A DNA stretch of 60,761 nt, the filler included, from Sphacelaria rigidula (taxonomy: Eukaryota), in NCBI GenBank assembly GCA_964200075.2. It is 8 parts of 8 records of this genome, joined end to end, with 100 filler letters (N's around TTAATTAATTAA, not from the genome) between each part and the next. Parts side by side here need not be neighbours in the genome. Positions count along the whole stretch, not along the records: positions 7,610 to 15,117 come from CAXNAA020014584.1; positions 15,218 to 22,725 come from CAXNAA020014585.1; 6 more parts are not named here. One strand, 5' to 3'. The position numbers and the translations under genes were made by a program. The stretch's first letter is position 1, and each line of letters starts with the position of its first letter. Shown here piece by piece: positions 12,001 to 22,825 of this stretch. Under the pieces are notes generated by a model. It was not told where the DNA came from. It was given only the letters and a program-made list of their open reading frames with translations, and ran no database searches.

Positions 12001-14135
12001 TGCTGCTGTACAGGTGCACAACTCCTCGGTCACGCCAACTTTAATAAAGAGTTTCTGGAAAAAATAATCTGGAAAAACTCCAATGGCACCCAGGGAAGCG
12101 GGAATGAGGATCCACCCAATACCTTCTATCGGTCTTGTTTTACCAACAGAAAAGGTACAGACACCGATGGAACGTGAGCCAGCTCCTATTTGAGCGCTTG
12201 AGCACGGCTGTACGCGTGGTGCTCAGCGTGGTGCAAAAGCGGGCATGTAAAGATAGACACAGCTGCACGTGTGATGAGATAAAAGCACTACACCGACCGC
12301 ACCACTGCCGCGAAATGAGAGCCTGCCTTCAGCCCCGCCTACAAATGCCTATGCTGCGCCCTTTGGAATGTACCGCCTGTGCTTGTACCGTAGTAAAGAC
12401 AGTGGTGTGTACAGAAATACCACCGTACCCTGTACTCTACTGACAACTGTTGTTCGAGCTGTCAGCTTTGCATCGTAACCATGTACACTGTCTGTGTACT
12501 CTACCACACTAGGCACCCAAGTGTTGCCCGGTACTATGATACTACTGTACCGTGGACGGTTAAGCTGTATGTAGTGGATCCGTCATGCTGTTCATAGTTC
12601 CACCTCTGATGAGTTTTGTTCCAATATACACGTGACACCACTGCCGGACGATAGAGAAACCTCAGGAAGGTCTTTCGGTGCTGTTTCACAGCTGGACCGC
12701 TGTGACCGGACGGAGTGGAACCGCGCACTTAACATGTGATGCTCAGCAGGCAGGGTGAACAGTTGGTGGTAGGTGACGCAGATGAAAACAACTGCGCGCA
12801 CAGAGCCGATGCTGATAGATACAACAACAGAAGACAGCGTGCTGATAGATACGGTGTATTTGGCACTGTTAAGGCGGAGATGTTGCCTCCTGCCCGAACA
12901 GGTCCGCAGTGGTCCTTGGCAGAGGACACTCTTCTTTTTGGCTACGTTATGAGGCCGCGTCTTGCTCGACACGGCGTATAAAACCCAAGGGCAACTGCCT
13001 GTAACATGTGGAGAACCTTAACTGGTGGTTACTTACCGTCTTAGTGCCAGCCTCGACCGACAGAGAGCTGACGTCAATAACAAGGATGGCAAGATCTACC
13101 CCTGCCTGCGCGCGGATTTCATATCGTTACCCTCCAGAATTGTCATCAGAAAGTGTTCTAGTTCTCGGAATCAACGCAGCATCGTGCATAATCATCCCTT
13201 CACCCCACGCAGCGCACAAAATGCCTTGGGTCGCTGAAACTGCTGCGTCCACAACTACCTTCGACTTCAACCCATACACATATCAACTTTTAGCATCATC
13301 AGACGCCAGGTGTGCCATGTTGAGGCGCCTAATCTCCAAAAATGCCGCCTCCATACCATTCAAAAGGAACAACACTGGTGCCTTTATAGTATGCCAAAAA
13401 TCTCAACTCATGGATGAGCGAGTGAAAAACGGATGAATTGTTTACGCTTGAACCCCCATTTTTTTTGTTTTTCACCAGGTAGGTGTGGACCGTGGCCAAC
13501 TTTTCAGGGTTTGGTGTTTTCTGTTCCGAATGCCACGTGGTCTATGTCATGAGTTGAAGAGATACAAGTCGCGCCATGCTGTTGTGCGTTTGTACTCTGC
13601 GCCTGCCCCTGCGGTGCTACCAGTACAGCGCGGAAGAGCATGCACACAGTTGTCTGTGCTTTCCCCATACCGTTGAATACGCGACAGCAGTATCGTCAAC
13701 ACAGCCTCCGGGTACTAATCCGGCACAGTACACGGCGTTGGGCACACAGGCAGTGCACCTCGGCGCCCCCTAGTCGTTCACAAGTCCTGTACCTGTCGAT
13801 GTGTGGTACAGCACTAGCACAAGTTGTGAGAACTGTACTGTTGCACTTTGTTTAGACAGTTCTGTAGGTCTGTTGCACAACTGTCCTTTACTGTCTGTAG
13901 TACAAGTTTTCACATGCCCGTGTGTGCGCATGTGCATACGTTGAGCAAGTACATTTATCCTCAGCAACATACAATGTATCCCTGTTTTGCTTGTATCGCG
14001 TATTGTGAGTTTTAATCTGGGTCTATTTTGTTTCCTTGTTTTTCGCTAGCCTGTGACCACGGAAGGCATCCGCGTCAGATAGATGCTCAGTACGAATGTA
14101 CCGCGCAGATATCGGAACGGTTTTCAATGTGAAGA

Positions 14136-14140
14136 CAACG

Positions 14141-14193
<53 letters not shown>
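14136..14193. repeat. (CAA)n microsatellite
   Basis: Direct reading. Confidence 0.97.
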
Positions 14194-14194
<1 letters not shown>

Positions 14195-14231
14195 TACACT
14201 ACGCAGTAATCCTAGCTGCGTGGAGGTGGAC

Positions 14232-14476
14232 GGGGGAGCCGAGACACCTGTCGATCTTGCTGAAGATGAGGCAGAAGGGCGGCAGTCAGCCACTCATGCA
14301 GTCGCTCCGAGCACATCGACAGAATGGCCACCCAACGGTGGTGTACCCGCGCGAGCTAACTCAAGCTTGACGTTAGGTGGTCATTTGGCAGACGCCCTCT
14401 TCGCCGCTGCATGAGTGGCCGACTACCGCTCTTCCTTCTCATCTTCAGCCAGGTCGAGTGCTGTCTCGGCTCCCCC
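14232..14476. repeat. Short foldback / MITE-like inverted repeat
   Basis: GGGGAGCCGAGACA...CCACTCATGCAG (14232-14301) pairs with CTGCATGAGTGG...TGTCTCGGCTCCCC (14407-14476). Confidence 0.8.
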
Positions 14477-15924
14477 ATTCGCCTCCAAGTCTTCCTCGTA
14501 GTCTTGGGTGACCCTTGTGAATGAGCTACCATCACCAGCGCTGTCGCGGACTCCACGGCATTCGCTATCGCACCGCGTACGATGTTCTTCCTACGGCTGT
14601 GTTCTCGAGCCTTGGTCGTTGTGGGGCGGGATGTCTAGTTTCGTTTCCTAGCTCCAAGTTGGGTATCAACGCTTTAGGGTGGTTTGCAACTCAGGGATGA
14701 TTCGGAAATTTGAAAAATAATCCTGAGTTGCCGGTGACGTCCCTCCTCAGGGTTTCGTTTTCGTGGTTTAACTAAGGGGATTCGTCGTATCCTGGGTTGA
14801 ATTCCAACTTCCTTGATTATTTATTATTCCCGAGTTTCTCTGGCCTGTTTCCCCCCCCGAAATTCTCTCGTATGTATGTACAACTCTAACTTCGTGCCAT
14901 AAAAGTGCTTTGTTTGGTCCCCGTTCAGAATCGCGGCAGGCAAAAAATGGTGATGATTTTTTTTTAAATGAAATTTTGAACGGCTCCCATTAGAGGTGGC
15001 CTTAGACCAACTAATGGGAACCGTTCAAAATTCCTGTTCAAAACTGGCTTTTTGGCCTTTCTCCGTCGTTTCACGCCTGAAAAGAAGGCTAGGCGGCTGT
15101 TGACGCCTTGGAAAGACNNNNNNNNNNNNNNNNNNNNNNNNNNNNNNNNNNNNNNNNNNNNTTAATTAATTAANNNNNNNNNNNNNNNNNNNNNNNNNNN
15201 NNNNNNNNNNNNNNNNNCTTAGTAGGGATGTGAGGTCAATAGTCTGATGACTATGGCATGCATAATCATGAGTACACCCTACTTTCCTCCCTAACGAAAG
15301 ACAATCAAATATTTGCGAGAACAAATGCCTCCATCTCTCACGTGGCTTTTAGTGAGTAGTCTACTGTCCACGACAACCGCTCATCTCAACCAGCATCTCA
15401 AACAGTCCGATCTTCCATTTTTTTCAACAAATAAATCTGTTTTGCACGAGACGTGAGCGTGAATGTTTTGGGCCCCGAGCAGGGATCTACACACCCACAC
15501 CAATATCGATATCTTCGCGCAAACGCTTTGTTTTCTGTACAGTCTCCTTACCCGCTGTACAGCCGTGCAGCAGGGACCTGCTGCGCTTAAACAAAGAACA
15601 AAACAACCACGGGACCGGTACCAAATCCGAGCCCGGCGTTCTTCTTCGTTCCCTTCACCTCCTCTCCGTTACTTTCCGTTCACCTTATTTTTTGTCTACA
15701 GCTCACTCTGTTGTTCTCTGTTTCTCCATTTTCCCTCGTTCTCCTCTTGTCAAGTTCCGTGGAGCGAGTGCTTCCGTCCGATGACCTTCGCTACGTACGT
15801 CTATGTTGTGACTGACTGACTACACGGCTGGATGCGTAGTGGATTACTTTCAAGTGGGCCGACGAATCGATCAAATAAACCAATTACTCTAATAATGGAT
15901 ATACGTATACACGTATCCACCCAC

Positions 15925-15997
15925 CTTCACGGCCGCACCCTCCAATCCAACATCCGGCATCATGGGATTAATCAGATCCTCCACTTGTTCCGCGGCT
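15925..15997 (-). CDS. recN: RecN-like DNA repair protein, internal exon 4 of 4 seen ((R)AAEQVEDLINPMMPDVGLEGAAVK)
   Basis: CAG acceptor and GTGGGT donor; phase fits the upstream exon (AG+A=Arg). Resembles the segment that ends the RecN coiled coil (E. coli 'AEELAQLITDSMHALSM', from memory). Confidence 0.7.
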
Positions 15998-16317
15998 CTG
16001 CGACAACACAAAGACAAGGACAGAGTCAAGCGACGGTATTTTGTGCACGCGCGCGCGCACACACACACATACACAAGCGGCGGAACAGTCAGGCTGTGAA
16101 ATGACCACGATGAAAACAAGCAAGTGTAAATAAAGATAGCCATTGCACATTGAATGACAATGGAAATCAAACCCACTTCTACGCTAGCAACATGGGGGCA
16201 CATAGCAAAACAAAACGTTGAGCAAAACAAGAACAAAAGAGGGCACGAATAATGGCTTGAGAGGGTGCAACGGCAGGCATGCCATGTACTTAAGCGTAAT
16301 TTAGTCTGGGATGTCAA

Positions 16318-16462
16318 AATAAGGCGAGTACCGCAGAAGGAAGCTGGAGTATTAAAAACAAATCCTGAGTAGCTCTCCCTCATGTGTGACCCCGGCTGAT
16401 GCGCCCACATATACCGAAAGGTGTAGACTGGCGTCCAGAATAGATGGAATGTCAACACACAT
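16318..16462 (+). mobile_element. Non-LTR retroelement 3'-end fragment (same family as 1230-1491), intronic
   Basis: CCGCAGAAGGAAG...TGTGTGACCCCGGCTG...CCGAAAGGTGTAGAC...CCAGAATAGATG...CAACACAC is the reverse complement of the 1290-1445 segment. Confidence 0.75.
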
Positions 16463-16719
16463 AACATAGTATAGTGCGCTGCACTCCAGTTTGCAAACAA
16501 ACAAAAAAGGGTCAACATACTTTTGTTTGGAAACCGTGGCACGGGATACACTGTACGGGACGAACTCAACAGCCGAGAAACACTGCGAGAGGGGTTTGGT
16601 ATGCTCTGTCTGGTACCGTAACATCCATACACGTGGATAACGTAGTATCGCCAATATTAAAAACAAAACAAGAAAACGAGTCCTTGGAAAACATTAGGCG
16701 CGCACACAAATATGGCATG

Positions 16720-16758
16720 CAACAACAACAACAACAACAACAACAACAAAAACAACAA
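16720..16758. repeat. (CAA)n microsatellite, intronic
   Basis: Direct reading. Confidence 0.95.
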
Positions 16759-16775
16759 TAACTAGGACACCGAAC

Positions 16776-16957
16776 CTTCGGCGCGCCGTCGACAATTCGC
16801 CGGCAAGTTTCTCCGCCAAAACTCTCCAGGAACGTTCTCTTTCCCTCGCCAGCGGCAACGCCTCCGCCGCAACGACTAGCTCGTCCAGCTCGACCCTCAA
16901 CTGTGACTGCATTAACCCTAGTGCTTCCGGAGAAACTCCGTGCTTCCGGGCCAAATC
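16776..16957 (-). CDS. recN: RecN-like DNA repair protein, internal exon 3 (DLARKHGVSPEALGLMQSQLRVELDEL...LAGELSTARR)
   Basis: AAG acceptor and GTTCGG donor, 60 codons plus 2 nt. LARKHGVSPEAL closely matches the RecN motif LARKH(H/G)VSPE(A/E)L, and ELSTARR matches the RecN 'LS..R' segment. Confidence 0.8.
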
Positions 16958-17343
16958 CTTTGTTGGATCGGGGTTGTGGTTTGGACGGACGCCGGGAAGA
17001 CGGCGGGAGGCAGCGGGCCGAAAGAAACGAGAAAGGGGGAGGAGAAATCGAGCGAAGAGGAAAAATTGGCATCGGCAAAATGCAAGACGAACAATACCCC
17101 GTACTGTGACCCGAGGCTACCGCTCCCTCGTCAAGAGCGTGGTAGCTTCATGGCAAATGTGAAGGCATTGCAGTTTGAACGGACGAGTGTGAGGGAGAGT
17201 ATTTTTTTGCTGGAGAATTGTATGAAAAACAGTTGTTCTTTTTTTGTCTTGCCCGGTGCCCATTATTTTCTTTTTCATCAATATATATATATATTCATTA
17301 TTGTCATTATCGCTACCGTTACCATTACCATCGTCATCATCAC

Positions 17344-17364
17344 TAGTAGTGGTAATAGTAGTAT

Positions 17365-17408
<44 letters not shown>

Positions 17409-17452
17409 CGAGTAGTAGTAGTACGAGTAGTAGTAGTACGAGTAGTAGTAGT
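17344..17452. repeat. (TAG)n imperfect microsatellite, intronic
   Basis: Direct reading; it produces the poly-S/T/V/L pseudo-ORFs. Confidence 0.95.
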
Positions 17453-17887
17453 CCTACATTTTCCCCAACATGGCCTTGTCGTCCCGGGTGGCATGCACCC
17501 TGAAGGAGAAAGCAAAGAGAGAAGAAGTTTGTCGAGTACAAGTAAATGAGAGGGTTTCGCTTGAAAGGCGCGAGGAAAACAAATCACGAAAAACAAAATA
17601 ATAATGAGGAGGTAAACGTTGGACAAAAACTGCAGCAAGCTCTCGCGCGCTGAATCACAAGTCACGAGCGAATCGAAACGGAGCGTACAGGAGGCGTCCA
17701 AGAAAAGAAAAGTTGAAAGAAACACATATAAATATATATATATTGATATTTTGTACGAACACGGTTCAAATAAATATGGTTTGACTACACTTCAAACAAA
17801 AAGGACTTGCAAAAAGCAACGAAAGCTACGACGGAAAAAGAGGTGCATGAACATCAAAGCAAGGTAAAATCATTTATCGTGGCTCAC

Positions 17888-17978
17888 CCTCCACTTGGCA
17901 GTCCTGCTCTCCACCTCTTCCAACGTCACCGGAAGAACAGGTAAGGAGTCCACGGACCTACACAGCTTATCTCCAGCC
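17888..17978 (-). CDS. recN: RecN-like DNA repair protein, internal exon 2 ((R)AGDKLCRSVDSLPVLPVTLEEVESRTAKWR)
   Basis: CAG acceptor and GTGAG donor; phase fits both neighbours. 'P.TLEEVESR' resembles the RecN 'DP.RL.E.E.R' segment that precedes LARK. Confidence 0.75.
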
Positions 17979-18090
17979 CTGCACAGAACCATCAACATCA
18001 TCTGTATTTGTAAGGAATAGCAGGGACGGTATTGGAAAGGCGAGCCCACGTCTGTGATCACGGATTCGCGAGATCGGACTAGTGTGCGGA

Positions 18091-18091
<1 letters not shown>

Positions 18092-18124
<33 letters not shown>

Positions 18125-18148
18125 TAATCATCATCATCATCATCATCA
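18092..18148. repeat. Compound (AAT)n(CAT)n microsatellite
   Basis: Direct reading. Confidence 0.95.
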
Positions 18149-18747
18149 CGACGTGAATCTTCTCTCGGAAAAAGGGTACTACTGACTGATGCAAGAAGAT
18201 ACGAGGTATTCTTTCTCCACATTCTCCACAATATAGTAACAATGCCTCATTCGGTGATTTTATACTCCAAGTTCCGAAAAATGTTTACAGATCAACGAAC
18301 CCCCTGGAGAGACACCAGACCTCTTTTCGGAACAATATCACCGGTCGGTCTTACAACGCCAGTCAATCTCGACACTGAAAGTGAATTGAGCAGCTCATAC
18401 TTGCTGGCGAGCACCAGCCCCAGCGACAATCATATACAACGTATATATTCTACGGTCCCCAATCCCTTGACTCGTTTCAAGTTATCTACAAAAAAAAACG
18501 TTCCTCATATAGTCGGGTTTGCCGTGGTCCACCGAGGAAGCATCCGGGGGAGCTCCGCTTCCAAGGGGTTCAAGAGCTGATGTCGTCGTGGTGAAATGTG
18601 AATATTCACACAAAACAGAGGGGAGGAAAATAAGAAGACAAAACAAGAAAATATAACAAGGGAGAAGAAAGATAGAAACAGGGAAGAAAGAAGACGGAGT
18701 GAAAAAAGGGCGAGGGGGAATGTGATGAAACACGTCCATCCACGCAC

Positions 18748-18854
18748 CTTTTGAGACAATCTTCCAAGGCGTTAAGGTCTTCATGCGTTTCTTCCAACAA
18801 CTCCTGGCCGAGGCCCACATTTTCGCTCTCGGCATCTATGAGGAGGTCTCGGAC
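18748..18854 (-). CDS. recN: RecN-like DNA repair protein, internal exon 1 seen (VRDLLIDAESENVGLGQELLEETHEDLNALEDCLK)
   Basis: CAG acceptor and GTGCGT donor, 35 codons plus AG joining G of the next exon (Arg). Heptad-like coiled-coil composition. Confidence 0.65.
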
Positions 18855-21800
18855 CTGCGTGCAGCAAGGCCATAGATTCATTTAGTTTTCCCTCATTTGT
18901 CATACTGTGTAGTCGTGTTTCCGAAACGATATTCGAAGTAATGTTTTGCTAAATAGCTCGTCAGATCACAATCCATCTGAGAGCTCGATCCAGGGTCGAC
19001 ACAAGCCAATATGCGGGACAGGATTGAGAACGCAGCGAGCGGGTGACAGGGGTGGAACCAACAAATGCAAGGTATCATGATTCGAATACAGGTATCGGAG
19101 ATATGAGTAAGGAGCAAGTACGACAAGAAAAAGGGAAAATGAGCACTTGCTTGTCGAGGAAAACAAACGGTAGTGCCATACGGAAAGAATGGAAGCCTTT
19201 ATCGCGACCATAGGCCTCCTGAGAGGGTACGACATAGTCTGACTCTTGCAGTATTTGCAGCTTCCTCCGTGAAGGGTTGGCTTGAGGGATCGCGCGCGGC
19301 GTATCATCCACCCTTCATTCTTTTGAGTAGCAGCTGCTCCTTTTTCCACAACGGGCTGTCTACAACAGTATCTAGAACCCTGCGCCCACGCTAGGCTGTA
19401 CGTACATGCTCCCACCACTGCGGCTACACACGCTTTGGGCAGCACATGACATGACCTCCCTGGCGTTGCATTTGCCGCTCATCGCATCACGCACAAGACT
19501 ATAAAATACAGCATCGTACAAGTAGAGTACATGGTTCACGTAGCGGCTTGCGCGACGGGCAAAAAAGGAGCCGCACGCGGGGCTTTGCATGATACGGTTT
19601 CACTGCTGACCCCCCCATTCGTAATCCCTCCTCACAGGAACTGCGACCACTCGAATGCGGGAAAATAGATGAGCGCATGCAGAGAAAATTAGAGGGTGGT
19701 CCGGTCGTTCGCCGTTCCTAGACACAGAGCAAATGACCTCTTGTTTTGCAGTCAGGGTGATCATGCCCCTGCTTGCACGGCATCCATGTCGAACGCACAG
19801 CATCGAAAAAAAAAAAGGTTCGCACTTGGAGAGTAGAAATAAACGTGGTTGGCTACTTGCGCACTATCGCTGCATGAATTACACTCGAGAATCTCGCAGA
19901 AGCTTGATCTCAATGCACTCAGTACTAACACACACACTTTCGCCGTACAGTATGTAAACGCTTATCGGTACACTCACCCTCTTCCAGGTGAATCATTCAT
20001 CTGCCACCGTCGCTCACCCTTAAATCGAATGCTGCCTCATCATCTCTGGGCATACCTGAGTCCATTGTTACGGTCCGTAGATCTTGTCCACAATTTCATG
20101 ATAGGGTCACCTGCCAGAATACGATCTCTCCCCCAGCCCCCTGTGTCTTGAATCGCATCACTCTTCCGCCCCCGGCATAGGCATATACTTAAAATTAGCG
20201 CGCATCAGATGGAATTCTAATCCCTTGTTCGTGCAGCGTTCTCGTTACAAGCTAACTCGTGAGAGGCATCCCACCGGCCGGCCACTCATTTCATGTTGAG
20301 ATTTATGGGGTGGTCATTAGTGTGCGGTCTCTCACAGTGAACAAGTAGCCTAAAGTCGACGAGGTTTGTCTTGTGTGCAATAAGTTTAATGTGGACGGGG
20401 TCATTTTTTTCAAAGTTACATTGCATGAACCGTTTGGTTTCATCGAAGATGGTTCAGGCGTGACAGGTGCGTCCCTCAAGTCTCGCGTCTTATCTTATAC
20501 ATACATAGATGCATAGAACTACATGTTTCTATTTCGTCCCTCGTTTTTGCTCAGTTTACTCTGTTTGTTCTATCCCGCTTTTTTCTCTTCTTTTGTCTTC
20601 ACCCTTTGTCAAGTTTCCCCGTAGAAAGTGAACCCAGGGTATGACAGCACATATATAGGTAGTGCACGCGCGTACTTATTCGCAATATCATCCATGATAC
20701 ATCGAGCCCGAATTCCGGAGTTTTTATAAGATGACAACGGCTTGGGTCAAGCGCCGCAGACCCGGCGTAGTTGCTCATCACATCATCTGCTAGCGCCGCA
20801 GTACCAGCCGACGGGATAACGCAAGGAGTGCACAAGGTCATTGCTACAACGTTTGGAAGCATCTGAACGAGTGGAAACTTCTTGATACATCCGGTGAGTG
20901 GCGGGAGCGTTGCCTCTAGCGGGCAGGTGTGGAAATTACACGTAGCAGCCCGCAGCCGCATACCCCTCACGTGCAGCCAGTGTATTCGAGTGGCACTGCG
21001 TAGGTTGCGGCAAAGGCGGGCTCACGCCCTTTGTCGCGCAGTTGGCCGGTGCTGTGCAAAGTTTTGGGCCGATCGATCCATTGTGCGTCGAGAACGGCGT
21101 AGTGTCCGCCTGAACCCGCCTAGGAATTTGTTACATCGTGGAGGACCCTGTAAAACGGTCAATCGAGTCACCTTCTTGTATTGATCTGCTGTCGTGCCTG
21201 TACTATTTTTACACGTTTAATTTCTCGGGCGCTTTTTCTTTTTCGTCAATGTATATGTCCTGCACAGAGTCCGGCTTGCACCATACCTCGAGCAACAGTC
21301 CGACTTACAGTACATTTTTACCGTACTGAACCTGTGTACCGTACGTACAGTAGCAAGTGGGGGCTTTTAGGCCTCACCAACCCCTCTCGGTAGCGCGCTC
21401 GTCATGCATTCACCACCCCTGCATTCACCTCTACTTCTGTTGAGCTGGGTTACTTATTGCAGAATTCACTCCCTCTGTGCTGTCGCCTTCAGGATACCCT
21501 CGAGCACTGATTTTCCCACACCCGGGGCGCCACGGGATCGCACCGGGACCCCACGGAGTAGCAAGGCACATCCACCTCGCGCAATGGTGATTTTGCGCGT
21601 GGTTTTCACGGGAAGGGGTGCCGGAACCCATCCCGGATGGACCCGAAACGGGGCAACATCGGCTTCTCGGTAGATCTGGGTGGTACCTCAGCAGTAACGA
21701 TGTTGCCAACCAACGCCGCCGACAGGAATATTCTGCGGAGATCCTCGGCGTGGCAGTCGCTCGACCATGTCATGGGACCACGGACAGCGTGTAGGACACA

Positions 21801-22825
21801 GACCCCCGTTATTTCGTACCCTGTTCCTTTGCCCACAGCTGCAGACAGCTCATGATGGCGATGCACAAAAACAATTATCTCCGGGCGCGCGTGTGGTGGG
21901 TATGTGTCTTTCTTTCTGTAGGGAGGAGGGCGGGGAGGGGTGAGCGTGTGCACACCACGTAGCCCCTCACGTCTGGCCCCTTCTTGAATATGCCATATCT
22001 GCCATTGATATCCCAAGGTAGTCATGATCCAGCCGTGGTGATCATCCAAATGATGGAGGTACGTACCCGAGACAAAACAAAACTGAATCACTAGATGAAG
22101 AACAAAAAAGCAGAAAAGGTAGAACAGAGCAACAGGGTACACTAGGAAAACAACAACAAAAAATCAACAATAAAAAAAATGGCCAGCCTCTTCCACATGG
22201 CTTCGGTGTACAAGGCCTTGCGCGGGACCACACCCATACCCAGTCGTAGAAAACAAAAGGCCATGGGAAAACATTGCGGCTCTTCTACTACGACATTTCA
22301 CCGAAAAATAGTTGTTGACATTTGTCTCAGATTTCAGCGTTGTTCTGTGGAGTTATGTGTGGAGAGTCGCTGGGACATATGCGAAAGGAATATTCAGGTC
22401 CATGAGAATTTTTTCATCACCATTTTTTTATGCATGTGTCCGGGGGGGGGGGCTTTGTGAAGAATGCACATAGTTTCTGACCCTGCCTTCCTCCACCACC
22501 TCAGGTAATTTTATATAATTTCGACTCAAACTCGACCATTGAGATTCGCAGAGGTATACCGCAAACAAAGCACGGCCTTTCCTGTGTTGGTGAGATCAGC
22601 TCATTCTCGTAAAAAAATGGACCTTGACTCTATCAAGACGCCCATACGAGCTGGGCCAGCCCAGAAACGGAATTCACCTGGCAGAGCAATATCTCATCAC
22701 CGGAAACGAATTGGGCCGTGCTACGNNNNNNNNNNNNNNNNNNNNNNNNNNNNNNNNNNNNNNNNNNNNTTAATTAATTAANNNNNNNNNNNNNNNNNNN
22801 NNNNNNNNNNNNNNNNNNNNNNNNN

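Larger units (their letters stand above)
10850..15117. mobile_element. Putative large inverted-repeat-bounded element with decayed internal coding-like sequence, truncated by the contig end
   Basis: 10850-10925 is a diverged reverse complement of 15041-15117. Minus-strand 13035-13400 reads as a protein-like frame with two stops and ends at a GTAAG donor-like site. Confidence 0.4.

Noticed and set aside
16940..17725. 187-aa and 202-aa ORFs with poly-S/T/V/L tracts
   Set aside because: Open only because of the (TAG)n repeat inside a RecN-like intron.
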